DNA of 64,000 nt from Chloroflexia bacterium (GCA_035274425.1 DATEOC010000031.1:1995-65994), one strand, 5' to 3'; shown: positions 27,737-37,565, numbered from the stretch's first letter. Numbers and translations are program-made. Notes: generated by a model from the sequence alone, not told the origin.

Positions 27737-29134
27737 ATGGAGGAATCCCTTATGGCTATAGATACGGATGTTGTCGGAAAAGGTCTCCTTGATACACAAG
27801 ACTTGAGCGCCGAGGATCACAAACCCGATATAAGAGGCGCTTTACCCGGACCGTTAGGTGAGGAGATCGTGAAGCGCGACGATGCAGTGGTGTCGCCTTC
27901 CTATACGCGCTCCTATCCCTTCGTCATGGACCACGGCAAAGATTGCATGGTGTGGGACGTGGATGGGAACCGCTTTATAGATTTCACAGCGGGCGTGGCA
28001 GTGCTCGCCACAGGGCACGCTCACCCCCAGATCGTAAAGGCTATACAGGAGCAAGCCGAAAAGTTCATCCACATGGCAGGCACCGATTTCTACCTGCCTA
28101 ACGCGGTCGAGCTTGCCGAGACGCTATGCCGCATCACCCCCGGCGACTTCGACAAGCAGGTGTTCTTCACCAACTCCGGTACGGAGTCTATAGAGGCCGC
28201 GATGAAGCTGTGCCGCCATCACACGGGGCGACCGGCGCTGATTTCATTCCTGGGGGCCTTCCATGGGCGCACTTATGGCTCGATGTCTTTATCATCTAGC
28301 AAGTACCTGCATCGCACAGGCTACCAGCCCCTCGTGGCGGGCATCTACCATGCGCCCTACCCCAACAGTTACCGCCCTCCATTTGACGTGCCCACCGAAA
28401 AGCTAGGCCGCGCTTGCGTAGATTACATCGAGAAGACGATGTTCCGCCATCTTGTGTCGCCGCACGAGGTAGCTGGCATATTCGTGGAGACGATCCAGGG
28501 CGAAGGGGGCTACGTGGTGCCGCCCGACGATTTCTACCCGGCGTTGCGCGACCTGTGCGACCGCCATGAGATACCACTGGTGGTTGACGAGGTGCAGTCT
28601 GGCATGGGGCGCACGGGCAAGATGTTCGCCATCGAGCACTGGGGCGTGGAGCCTGATGTGGTGTGCATCGCCAAGGGGATAGCGTCGGGCATGCCTATGG
28701 GCGCGATTGTGGCTCGCAAGAGCATGATGACCTGGCCGTCCGGCGCGCACGCGAACACGTACGGCGGCAACGCCCTGGCGGTAGCAGCTGCCCTCACGAC
28801 CATACGCCTTCTCGAAGAGGGGTTGATGGAGAATGCTATTCGCGTAGGGAATCACATGAGAGAGAGGCTCAACACCTGGGTCCATCGCTATCCATTCGTC
28901 GGAGAGGTGCGTGGGAAGGGACTAATGCTTGGGGCCGAGATTGTGTCTGACAGGGCCGCCAGAACCGGCGACCCCACCTTACGTGACCGCATCGTGGACG
29001 AGTCGTTCAAGAGCGGCTTGCTTCTGCTGGGCGCAGGGCCGTCAACGATACGCTTCTGCCCGCCGCTTACGCTTGATAAGGATACGGCTGACGCGGGGCT
29101 GGATGTAATGGAAGATGTGATGGATGCACTCTAA
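27737..29134 (+). CDS. Class-III PLP aminotransferase (GabT/ArgD-like)
   Basis: VVDEVQSGMGRTGKMFA, GAFHGRT. Confidence 0.85.
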   Translation: MEESLMAIDTDVVGKGLLDTQDLSAEDHKPDIRGALPGPLGEEIVKRDDAVVSPSYTRSYPFVMDHGKDCMVWDVDGNRFIDFTAGVAVLATGHAHPQIVKAIQEQAEKFIHMAGTDFYLPNAVELAETLCRITPGDFDKQVFFTNSGTESIEAAMKLCRHHTGRPALISFLGAFHGRTYGSMSLSSSKYLHRTGYQPLVAGIYHAPYPNSYRPPFDVPTEKLGRACVDYIEKTMFRHLVSPHEVAGIFVETIQGEGGYVVPPDDFYPALRDLCDRHEIPLVVDEVQSGMGRTGKMFAIEHWGVEPDVVCIAKGIASGMPMGAIVARKSMMTWPSGAHANTYGGNALAVAAALTTIRLLEEGLMENAIRVGNHMRERLNTWVHRYPFVGEVRGKGLMLGAEIVSDRAARTGDPTLRDRIVDESFKSGLLLLGAGPSTIRFCPPLTLDKDTADAGLDVMEDVMDAL

Positions 29135-29157
29135 ACCCATTCCTGGGAGGATAGGAA

Positions 29158-29218
29158 TTTCGTATTACATCAAAAATCGGGACGCTACGCGTCCCGATTT
29201 TTGATGTAATACGAAAAA
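29158..29218. terminator. Bidirectional terminator, ~28-bp palindrome arms
   Basis: tttcgtattacatcaaaaatcgggacgc ta cgcgtcccgatttttgatgtaatacgaaa; same architecture as 37574. Confidence 0.7.
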
Positions 29219-29239
29219 AGGACTTCAATATATCCGCAG

Positions 29240-29482
29240 CTAAAGTCCAGGCGAGCGCTCGTGCAAATACCTGTAGAAGCCATAGGCTGCTATGCATACG
29301 AATGCTACGGCGAGGGCGATGAGTAGCGCTCGCAGTAGAGATTGCATGAGGATGGCAGTGGAAGTCAGGCCGTACTGGGTCGCGAAGAGGAGGAACATCG
29401 CGACGAAGACAAACAGGGGTATGATGCGGAATACGCGCCGCGCTACTCGCAGCCGAGCCTGGCGAATGCTGGGAGAAGACAT
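29240..29482 (-). CDS. Small 2-TM membrane protein (hypothetical)
   Basis: ORF with two hydrophobic helices; start ambiguous (ATG 29482 or 29575). Confidence 0.3.
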   Translation of the reverse strand: MSSPSIRQARLRVARRVFRIIPLFVFVAMFLLFATQYGLTSTAILMQSLLRALLIALAVAFVCIAAYGFYRYLHERSPGL

Positions 29483-29510
29483 AGAGTTGGGGGGTACCTT
29501 GCTTCGCCGT

Positions 29511-29723
29511 CTATTTGAATAGAAGAGAGAAATTGGAGACACCCCAGAACACCATGGTAAGTATAAGGAAGCCAAGGGTTACTGCCATAGACCAGACCAT
29601 ACATGTAGGGGCCAGCTTCGCATCGAAGCCGATGTCCGAACCTCCACGTCTCTGCACAACCGGGGTCTCGGCCTCCATTTCCTGGGCATCCGGCATTGCT
29701 TGACTATCTCCTGCCATGCTCAC
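29511..29723 (-). CDS. Small 1-TM membrane protein (hypothetical)
   Basis: RBS aaAGGAGtgagc before ATG; the 5' leader carries the GGATAAA 28-mer also seen upstream of accA. Confidence 0.4.
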   Translation of the reverse strand: MSMAGDSQAMPDAQEMEAETPVVQRRGGSDIGFDAKLAPTCMVWSMAVTLGFLILTMVFWGVSNFSLLFK

Positions 29724-29805
29724 TCCTTTTTGAAGGATAAGGGATAAAGGATAAATTATGGATTGCGATGGTGTATGTGCAGTATATCATAATGGGATTA
29801 GTGAC

Positions 29806-29893
29806 TAGGGATTTAGGGTCGGGGGTCGGAGATTGAATGATAAGAGTTCATAGTGCCGTCTGACCCCCGACCCCCGACCCCTAATCCCTAATC
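29806..29893. repeat. Hairpin of TAGGGAT and CCGACCCC modules overlapping the lldD-like gene's stop
   Basis: gggattagtgactagggatttagggtcgggggtcgg ... ccgacccccgacccctaatccctaatc. Confidence 0.6.
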
Positions 29894-31002
29894 TTGACAA
29901 GCGAGGCGTCTATGCTCTCAACGGTGGGGCGGCCTGAGAGGGCCATAGCCAGGGTGATCTCCTGCTTGAGGAGGGAGAAGACGCGGCTCACACCCGTTGC
30001 GCCTCCGATAGCGAGGCCGTACAGGTAGGGCCTACCGATCAGCACGGCGCGTGCGCCCAATGCAAGCGCTTTCAGCACGTCGGTGCCCCGCCGCACACCG
30101 CCATCCATCAGCACTTCGATGGAGCTGCCGGCGTCCCTGACCGCCCGAACGACCTCGGGGAGAGCCTCTATGCCTGATGGGAGGGAGTCTAGCTGCCGCC
30201 CGCCGTGGTTGCTGACTACTACGGAGGCGGCCCCGTGCTCGGCAGCAAGTATGGCGTCCTCTCCCGTCATTATCCCTTTTACGATGACCGGAAGCCTGGT
30301 TATCGAAGCGAGCCAATCTACGTCCTTCCACGAAAGCGTAGGGTCCCACTTGGAAGCGATATAGGAGCCGAGGCCGGAGGAGGAGCCTACGACCCCAACA
30401 GGCATCTTCTCTAACTGCATGTCGACGAAGTTCGCCAGGGGGAAGGGGAATGAGAAGGCGTTCCGCAGGTCGCGCTCGCGGTGGCCGATGAAAGGCACAT
30501 CTACAGTGAGGCACAGCCCTTTGTATCCAGTGTCTTCCGCCCGGCGGACGAGGGTGCGCGTCACCTCTCGGTCCTGGTAGACATAGAGTTGGAACCACTT
30601 GGGGCCATCGCTCGCGGCGGCTACTTCCTCCATTGGCGTGGTAGATAGAGTAGAGAGGACCATGAGCGTGCCCGCCTCGGCAGCCCCCTCCGCTGTGGCA
30701 AGCTCGCCGTCGGGACAGCAGAGCTTGTGCCCCGCGGTTGGAGCGAGCATGACGGGCATACTGATGGGGGTGCCCAGCACAGTGGTGGAGGTGTCCACGT
30801 TGCTCACGTCCACGAGCACGCGAGGGCGGAGCACGATACGCTCGAAGTCCTCGCGGTTGCGGCGGAGGCTTACTTCATCATCAGACCCACCGGCGATGTA
30901 ATCGAAAGCCCCAGGCTCGATAAGCCCCCGCGCCAGGGCCTCCAACTCGATCAGGTTAGTAAATTGCATGAGGTCTATACTCCGAAGAAAAGTTACTCTC
31001 AA
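29881..31002 (-). CDS. FMN-dependent alpha-hydroxy-acid dehydrogenase (L-lactate dehydrogenase/glycolate oxidase family)
   Basis: SNHGGRQLD active-site motif; TIM-barrel FMN-enzyme signature. Confidence 0.85.
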   Translation of the reverse strand: MRVTFLRSIDLMQFTNLIELEALARGLIEPGAFDYIAGGSDDEVSLRRNREDFERIVLRPRVLVDVSNVDTSTTVLGTPISMPVMLAPTAGHKLCCPDGELATAEGAAEAGTLMVLSTLSTTPMEEVAAASDGPKWFQLYVYQDREVTRTLVRRAEDTGYKGLCLTVDVPFIGHRERDLRNAFSFPFPLANFVDMQLEKMPVGVVGSSSGLGSYIASKWDPTLSWKDVDWLASITRLPVIVKGIMTGEDAILAAEHGAASVVVSNHGGRQLDSLPSGIEALPEVVRAVRDAGSSIEVLMDGGVRRGTDVLKALALGARAVLIGRPYLYGLAIGGATGVSRVFSLLKQEITLAMALSGRPTVESIDASLVKIRD

Positions 31003-31082
31003 ATATACACTATAACTGCCAAATAGCTATGTAGGTCATATCTATCCGGGACGTATAGGCTATCTTTATCAGCTCTTTTTTG

Positions 31083-31112
31083 TTGACAAGGAGACGTGCC
31101 GCCAAGTATACT
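31083..31112 (+). promoter_or_regulatory. Sigma70-like promoter
   Basis: TTGACA, 18 nt, TATACT, about 130 nt upstream of ATG 31243. Confidence 0.45.
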
Positions 31113-31242
31113 TTCCATACCATGTCAGATGGTTGCTACGTAGGAAAATTCGTATATCATCGCGCATCTTGCCAATAATTATAGCAATTGAGCCGGGCCT
31201 CGACGATGGGCCTGCTATCCTCAATGAGGAGGACCCCACCCC

Positions 31243-32781
31243 ATGACCATGCCTCGCCAGGCGTCTGACGCCGCGAGTACTTTAGGCGTAAACTCGACAG
31301 TGCCCCTCTCCACGACCTCGCCCACGCCCACACAAACGCAGTCTCACTTATTACCCTCAGCCCCAGCGTCAAGTAACGGTAGCCATATGCCCGAAGATGA
31401 GCAGGTAGCGCTGGTACGTAGTCTGCGCCGCGAAACGGTAGGGCGATACAGGCCAATCTTTGCCGCTACCGCATCGCCTATCCGCCTGATGGCCCGCATG
31501 GTCAACGAGGTGCAGACCTCTGCCCGTAAGGATGGGGTCTCAGAGCAGGTGCTGGCGCGGGAGGTAGTCAACCGCACCATTGGTGATGTGAATGTGCGCA
31601 TGATCACCGAGAAGATAGACGGCGTAGACTATAGCACGATAGGCGAGGACTTAGGGTTGATACTGCCGGGAGAGGAGATAGCGGGGCGGGTCAGCACGGG
31701 TGAAATTCATACCCTCCTGAATGATCGGGAGGATGAGGTAGAGCGCCGCCTCCTGTACGATTACGGCTGGGACATTCGCGTGTACGACGTGTTTGGCGTG
31801 GGCAACCCCTACCTGCGCGAGCTTCTTGCCACGCGCTTCACCGACACGTGGGGCATCCCCGTGACCACTGACCAGACATTCATCAGCGTGGGCGCTCTCG
31901 ATGCGCTGTATAAGTGCATTCTGTCGCTCGGCTATCACTTCAAGAAGAAGTATGGCAAGCCGGCCACTTTCGCCTTTCCATCTCCCAGCTTTGCCGTAGT
32001 CAACTGGCAGGTGGAGATGGCGGGACTCAAGCTGCTGAATATACGCACAGATGAGAAGAGGAACTTCACGCTGAGCTATGAGGAGATGAAGCGCGCCCTT
32101 GCTGAAGACCCAGAGCTGCGCATCCTCTACCTTACGGTGAGCAACAATCCTACCGCCTTCTCTTACGAGCCGGAGGATATCCGGGCCGTGTACCGCGCTA
32201 TCGAAGAAGATGGGCGTGAGTTCGCGGTACTGGCCGACCTTGCGTATATGGGCACTGGCATCGAGGAGGAAGACAAGGCACGCATGGCCGCGTTCAACGC
32301 GCCTGAAATCCTCCAGCGCACCCTCTTTATCAACTCGCTGTCAAAGGTCTTTACGTTGACGGGCGATAGGTGCGGGTGGGTGTCGTTTCTGAACTCGGAG
32401 TGGTCCGACCTCCTCCGCGCCACCTGGAACAACACCACCGCCGGGCTTCCCGCGGAGTGGCAGCTTCGCTTTACCGCGTATATCGAGTGGTTCGATGAGC
32501 ACCCGGAGATACAGGAGAAGATAAAGTCGCTCTATAACCTGCGCCGCGAGCACTTCCGCGCCCAACTGCGCGAGCTGAACGAGGAGCACAATCTCTTCGA
32601 CGATATCGGCCTGGACGACCACACGACTATATACAACTGGAGCAAGCTGAAGCCTGGCGAGAATGCGCTGTCGCTCTTCGAGAAGACGGGCGTCGCGGGT
32701 GTGTCGGGGAGCGCCTTCGGATATAGCGACAGCTACATCCGGTTCTCGGTAGGGTTCATACCGATACCAAGTGATGGATAA
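31243..32781 (+). CDS. PLP-dependent aminotransferase class I/II with S/T/P-rich N-terminal extension
   Basis: SKVFTLTGDRCGW (PLP-lysine region); the true start may be the internal MPEDEQ. Confidence 0.75.
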   Translation: MTMPRQASDAASTLGVNSTVPLSTTSPTPTQTQSHLLPSAPASSNGSHMPEDEQVALVRSLRRETVGRYRPIFAATASPIRLMARMVNEVQTSARKDGVSEQVLAREVVNRTIGDVNVRMITEKIDGVDYSTIGEDLGLILPGEEIAGRVSTGEIHTLLNDREDEVERRLLYDYGWDIRVYDVFGVGNPYLRELLATRFTDTWGIPVTTDQTFISVGALDALYKCILSLGYHFKKKYGKPATFAFPSPSFAVVNWQVEMAGLKLLNIRTDEKRNFTLSYEEMKRALAEDPELRILYLTVSNNPTAFSYEPEDIRAVYRAIEEDGREFAVLADLAYMGTGIEEEDKARMAAFNAPEILQRTLFINSLSKVFTLTGDRCGWVSFLNSEWSDLLRATWNNTTAGLPAEWQLRFTAYIEWFDEHPEIQEKIKSLYNLRREHFRAQLRELNEEHNLFDDIGLDDHTTIYNWSKLKPGENALSLFEKTGVAGVSGSAFGYSDSYIRFSVGFIPIPSDG

Positions 32782-33124
32782 TAGACAGGAGTATAGAGAC
32801 CTGCCCGCCTGGCGGAAGGCGATGGACCTGGGCGTACATGTCTACAAAATAGTACGAAAATGGCCTGAAGAAGAGCACGACGTGCTGACAGAAGATACCC
32901 TGCGCTCCACCATGTTTATCGCCACCAATATCAAGATGGGACACGACTCGGACTCCCTAAGCGAATTGTTCGATCACCTGGATGTAGCAAGGGGCAAGCT
33001 GGGGAGACTGCAATCGCTGTTGATTTTGGCGCAGCAATTAGGCTATTATTCATTAGAAGAATATGAAGAGCTTGCTGATGAGATAGACGAAGTCAGAGTG
33101 CTCATAGACAGCATGGTCCGTTAG
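32771..33124 (+). CDS. Four-helix-bundle protein (TIGR02436-like)
   Basis: DLPAWRKAMDLGVHVYKIVRKWPEEEHDVLTEDTLRSTMFIATNIKMGH pattern; overlaps the upstream gene by 11 nt. Confidence 0.65.
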   Translation: MMDNRQEYRDLPAWRKAMDLGVHVYKIVRKWPEEEHDVLTEDTLRSTMFIATNIKMGHDSDSLSELFDHLDVARGKLGRLQSLLILAQQLGYYSLEEYEELADEIDEVRVLIDSMVR

Positions 33125-33170
33125 AGCATGTTGCAAAGGGTGAGGTCGCCGAAGAGAAAGAGGTGAATAC

Positions 33171-33401
33171 GTGAGCACAGTAATCCCCGAAAAGGAGTTG
33201 ATAATCTCGCGTGACCCCGAAGTCATGGGTGGGACGCCTGTGTTTGCGGGCACGCGCGTGCCTGTGCAGGCACTGATCGATGTGCTTGCAGCAGGTCACT
33301 CAATTGCCGAGTTTAAAGAAGGATTCCCACGTGTCACAGATGAGCAAATCGCTGAGGTTTTACGTCGTATCGGCGAGATGCTGCAAACAGCGCGTATATG
33401 A
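33171..33401 (+). CDS. DUF433 antitoxin-like protein (orphan copy)
   Basis: SRDPEVMGGTPVFAGTRVPVQALID...FP.V. Paralog of 34975..35205 (about 65% nt identity). Confidence 0.75.
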   Translation: MSTVIPEKELIISRDPEVMGGTPVFAGTRVPVQALIDVLAAGHSIAEFKEGFPRVTDEQIAEVLRRIGEMLQTARI

Positions 33402-33433
33402 AGGTCTTTGTTGACGAGGGCTTCATATACTAA
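33398..33433 (+). pseudogene. 11-codon remnant of a DUF5615 (PIN-like) toxin gene, truncated at an insertion junction
   Basis: ATGA overlap with the DUF433 stop, then MKVFVDEGFIY*, matching MRIFVDECVNRK of the intact copy at 35202. Confidence 0.5.
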
Positions 33434-33457
33434 AAGCTAAACAGGTAGAATAGAGAA

Positions 33458-34789
33458 TTGGCAAAGGTCATGAAACACCAGATAGCTCGACCCCTGACGA
33501 TAACTTTACTAATTACCCTGGTCATCCCAACCTTCTCAGTCGGTGTCGATGCAAGGCATTCTTCCGCATATCCAGCCTACTCGGCGCAGGGCAATTCACG
33601 CCTCTTCCCGGAGACGGGCAAAACCGTCGGTGGAAGGTTTCTCGAATATTGGGATAGTCATGGGGGTCTCGCGCAACAAGGATTTCCGATTAGTGAGGTG
33701 ATACAGGAACGGTCAGATACCGACGGTAAGATATATGATATGCAATATTTCGAACGAGCTGTCTTCGAGCGTCACCCAGAGAATCCACAGCCGAATGATG
33801 TTTTGCTTTCATTGCTGGGGACGTTTCAGTACAGTAAGACGTATGTCGGCGGCGGACTAGGTCAGAAGACAAGTACAGATAATCCCTATTTCTTCCCTGA
33901 AACGCAGCATACGCTCGGAGGAAAATTCAGGACATATTGGGAGACCCATGGAGGATTAGCCCAACAAGGATACCCGATCAGCGATGAGTTTACAGAGGTA
34001 AGCAGCCTCGATGGTAAACCGTATGTGGTGCAATACTTCCAACGGGCGGTTTTCGAATTGCACCCTGAGAACGCGAATACACCCTACGAAGTTTTGCTTT
34101 CCCATCTTGGCAAGTACCGGTTGGTGGAGAAGCAGACGCCGCCCACCCCTACGGCTACAGTAACAATAGCTCCTCAGGCCACTGCTACACCAGAAGCAAA
34201 AACACCCTTCGCAGGTGAGTATCGAGTCATGTCCGGTAATGCGCCTGTTTATATTGACAATCGTAAAGCACAGGCACTAGATAAAGATCATGCGGTGGGA
34301 ATTGTGCCAGGACCTCAAGATGTACTTGACGCTCTTAAAGCTGCCTGGCCAGCTGCGTTAAAATCGCTAAATATCATACGAATAGTGAGCCCGACAGAAC
34401 TGAACCAATACATCCGGCAGCCGGGTAAGTGTGCCCCCAGCCTTTATTGCAACGATTATGGGGGTGCAAATGGTTTTGAATATAGGATAAATATAGAGGA
34501 ACAGGCTGATGGTGAAGTGCTCACCCTTTATATAGCTGTTGCTAACACTCCAGGCGATGATAGTGGGAATAGGGAAAGAGTAACTTACTTATCCGATCCA
34601 GCTAAAGCTAGATCGACTAGTGGTTTTTTTGTGTCAAACCTGATTTATCATAGGGGCCGATTACTAGGGAAAACGCCAGACGAACTAAGACAGCTTATGG
34701 CTCAAGATGCAGTAAGGAAAGCAATAGGTGTAGATGAAAACGGATACTACACAAAACCTACTGCGCTTGAATTCTACACTAATAAATAA
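33458..34789 (+). CDS. Secreted protein with three LGFP-like repeats and a C-terminal domain of unknown function; lower GC
   Basis: Signal peptide; repeats FPETGKTVGGRFLEYWDSHGGLAQQGFPISE...DGKIYDMQYFERAVFERHPEN. Confidence 0.7.
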   Translation: MAKVMKHQIARPLTITLLITLVIPTFSVGVDARHSSAYPAYSAQGNSRLFPETGKTVGGRFLEYWDSHGGLAQQGFPISEVIQERSDTDGKIYDMQYFERAVFERHPENPQPNDVLLSLLGTFQYSKTYVGGGLGQKTSTDNPYFFPETQHTLGGKFRTYWETHGGLAQQGYPISDEFTEVSSLDGKPYVVQYFQRAVFELHPENANTPYEVLLSHLGKYRLVEKQTPPTPTATVTIAPQATATPEAKTPFAGEYRVMSGNAPVYIDNRKAQALDKDHAVGIVPGPQDVLDALKAAWPAALKSLNIIRIVSPTELNQYIRQPGKCAPSLYCNDYGGANGFEYRINIEEQADGEVLTLYIAVANTPGDDSGNRERVTYLSDPAKARSTSGFFVSNLIYHRGRLLGKTPDELRQLMAQDAVRKAIGVDENGYYTKPTALEFYTNK

Positions 34790-34974
34790 TGCAAACCACC
34801 TCATTTCCGTTATGGAAAGCTGGCGAGGATCCAGTCGCTGCTTCCGGTGCAGCAGCTGGTCAATTGCTCACTTGAGGAGTACTAGGAGATAGATAGAAAT
34901 AGGCTGGTTATAGACAGCGTGGTTCGCTAAGAAGAGGCCCCTGTGGGGTTTACGAACATGAGAGGAGTATACAG

Positions 34975-35205
34975 ATGGCTACAGTAATATCCGAACAAGA
35001 GTTGATTATCTCACGCGACCCAGAGAGGATGAGCGGAGCACCCGTGTTTGCAGGGACACGAGTGCCCATCGCGTATTTGATTGAGCATTTAGCAGGCAAC
35101 TACTCAATTGACGACTTTATTGATAGCTTTCCAACGGTGGAGCGCAAGCAGGTCGTGGAGCTACTACATCGAATCGGTAAACTCTTAGAAGATGCCCAAA
35201 TATGA
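34975..35205 (+). CDS. DUF433 antitoxin-like protein
   Basis: SRDPERMSGAPVFAGTRVPIAYLIEHLAGNYSIDDFIDSFP; ATGA overlap with the downstream DUF5615 gene. Confidence 0.75.
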   Translation: MATVISEQELIISRDPERMSGAPVFAGTRVPIAYLIEHLAGNYSIDDFIDSFPTVERKQVVELLHRIGKLLEDAQI

Positions 35206-35546
35206 GGATATTCGTAGATGAATGCGTCAACAGAAAGCTCCTATCTCAATTCGCCAAATATGACTTCACCTATATCAAGGATACTCCCTGGCGCGGCACT
35301 AAGAATGGGGCATTGCTGAGTTTAGTTCAAGCAGAGTATGACGTATTCCTAACAACTGACCGCCACTTCCCTAAGCAGCAGAACTTAAGTAAATTCAACC
35401 TGACTTTCGTTATCATGCGTGGTATATCTAACAACATTGAGGACTTGCTGCCGCTCGTGCCCGACACGCTCGCGGCGTTAGATAAGATCAGGGACGGCAA
35501 ACCCGACCCAGGCACCGTTTACGAAATCACACTGCGTCAAAGTTGA
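35202..35546 (+). CDS. DUF5615 (PIN-like / Mut7-C-like) putative toxin
   Basis: MRIFVDECVNRKL...VFLTTDRHF. Confidence 0.7.
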   Translation: MRIFVDECVNRKLLSQFAKYDFTYIKDTPWRGTKNGALLSLVQAEYDVFLTTDRHFPKQQNLSKFNLTFVIMRGISNNIEDLLPLVPDTLAALDKIRDGKPDPGTVYEITLRQS

Positions 35547-35651
35547 AGATAAGCGTACAACCTACAACCACCGTCAACCGTTCATATATCAGGCCACTAT
35601 CGCGCCTGAGAGTATAGGTCGAGCCATTTTCTATACGTAAAGGGGGAAAAA

Positions 35652-37565
35652 GTGCACAAGAGGCTGGTAGTTTCCGCATCGTTATTACTCATCGCGTTAT
35701 TGGTGTTATCGTCGGGTCCCGTAGCTACATACGGACAGGAAGGGCCGGGCACACCCACGGCCGGTGCGTCCAGCACCGCCACACGCACGCCCGGTACATC
35801 CACGACACCCACGACACCGGTAGCATCCGCGACACCCGCCGCTTCTCCAACGACAAGCGCGGGCGACCGCCACTTCCCGGAAACCGGCTTTACGGTTCCT
35901 GCGGTCTTCATCAAGTACTGGGATTCTCATGGGGGCTTGCCCGTCTTCGGGTTCCCTATCTCCGCGGCGCGCACTGAAAAGAACCTTACCGACGGTAAGG
36001 ACTACCTGACACAGTATTTCGAGCGCAACCGCTTCGAGTATCACCCTGAGTTCAAGGATACGCCGAATGAAGTGCTTCTGGGCCTGCTCGGAGTGGAGCT
36101 GAACAGGTGGCGCACCTTCGACCCCGTCGAGCCATTTACCGATACCTCGTCGAAGATATACATGGCACCCACCAAGCACTCGCTCGCCGAGCCGTTCTTG
36201 AGCTACTGGAACAAGAATGGCGGCCTGGGGATATTCGGCTATCCGATCTCCGAGCCGTTCGATGAGAAGAGTGCCACGGATGGCAAGACTTACCAGGTGC
36301 AGTACTTCCAGCGCAATCGCTTCGAATACCACCCTGAGAATCAAGCGCCTTATGACGTGCTGCTCGGCTTGCTCGGTATAGACTTCATGGAGATGCAGGC
36401 GCAGATGACGGTATGGGGTCCACCTATAGCAGGGGGCATACCGGTGCAGCAGCCCATCATGCAGCCCGCCAAACCCGCCGATGGCAGCGGCAAGTTCCTC
36501 AAAGGACCTACCGTTGGCGACGGGATGATCATCCACTCCTATTACCTGGACTACAACCGCATAATGAACAACGTCACCGACCTGGAGTTCACCTGGATCA
36601 AGCAGCAAGCTGAGTGGAAGGATACGGAGAATCCCAAGGGCAATTACCACTGGGACGAGCTGGACCGCATCGTAAATGCTGCCCAGTTGCGTAAGATCAA
36701 GGTGCTGATCTCCGTGGTGAAAGCGCCTGAGTGGGCTACCGGCGGCAAGCAAGGCTTCCCGCGAGACCCGAAGGATATGGGCGACTTTATGCGCGCCATG
36801 GCGACCCACTTCAAGGGGCGCGTCGCCGCGTATGAGATATGGAACGAATATAATCTGATGGGGGAGAGCGGAGACCTCAACCCTGGGCGCTACGTAGAGT
36901 TGCTGAAAGCGGCTTACACTGCCGTAAAGTCGGTGGACGCGAGCGCGGTGGTGGTCGCGGGCGCGCTCACCCCTACCGGCGTGAATGACCCTAAGGGGGA
37001 GCGTGCTCCCGGCGCGGAAGGTGCGCTATCCGACACGAGGTTCCTGGAGATGATGTACCAGTACAACGACGGGGAGTTCAGGAGCTACTTTGACGCGATG
37101 GCAAGCCACCCCTATGGCTTCAACAATCCGCCCGACACGAACTGGCCCGACACTCCTAATCTCAACCCGGCCTTCCCATTCAACGCCAAGAAGGGGATAC
37201 CGGACTACTATAACACCCACAACTCATTCTACTTCCGCCGCATCGAGGAGCAGAGGGCCATTATGGAGAAGTACGGCGACACTCAAAAGCAGATGTGGCT
37301 TACCGAGTACGGCTGGTGCAGCGACTTCCGCCCCGACGGGTATGGCGAGTGCAGGTACAACACCGAGCAGCAGCAAGGCGAGTACATCTTAGGAGCGATG
37401 AGCCGAGCGGAGAAGTACTACCCGTGGATGGGCGTGATGTTCCTGTGGAACCTGAACTTCTCGACCTTCCAGCCCTGGTACACAGGCCCCAGCCACTTCA
37501 GCATCCTGAATGAGGACTGGAGCGGAAGGCCCGCGTACTTCGCGTTGAAGAACAGACCAAAATAA
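35652..37565 (+). CDS. Secreted clan GH-A glycoside hydrolase (GH5/GH39-like) with P/T linker and about four LGFP-like repeats
   Basis: Signal peptide; repeats FPETGFTVPAVFIKYWDSHGGLPVFGFPIS..., YQVQYFQRNRFEYHPEN; catalytic-region motifs EIWNEYN (acid/base) and LTEYGW (nucleophile). Confidence 0.75.
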   Translation: MHKRLVVSASLLLIALLVLSSGPVATYGQEGPGTPTAGASSTATRTPGTSTTPTTPVASATPAASPTTSAGDRHFPETGFTVPAVFIKYWDSHGGLPVFGFPISAARTEKNLTDGKDYLTQYFERNRFEYHPEFKDTPNEVLLGLLGVELNRWRTFDPVEPFTDTSSKIYMAPTKHSLAEPFLSYWNKNGGLGIFGYPISEPFDEKSATDGKTYQVQYFQRNRFEYHPENQAPYDVLLGLLGIDFMEMQAQMTVWGPPIAGGIPVQQPIMQPAKPADGSGKFLKGPTVGDGMIIHSYYLDYNRIMNNVTDLEFTWIKQQAEWKDTENPKGNYHWDELDRIVNAAQLRKIKVLISVVKAPEWATGGKQGFPRDPKDMGDFMRAMATHFKGRVAAYEIWNEYNLMGESGDLNPGRYVELLKAAYTAVKSVDASAVVVAGALTPTGVNDPKGERAPGAEGALSDTRFLEMMYQYNDGEFRSYFDAMASHPYGFNNPPDTNWPDTPNLNPAFPFNAKKGIPDYYNTHNSFYFRRIEEQRAIMEKYGDTQKQMWLTEYGWCSDFRPDGYGECRYNTEQQQGEYILGAMSRAEKYYPWMGVMFLWNLNFSTFQPWYTGPSHFSILNEDWSGRPAYFALKNRPK

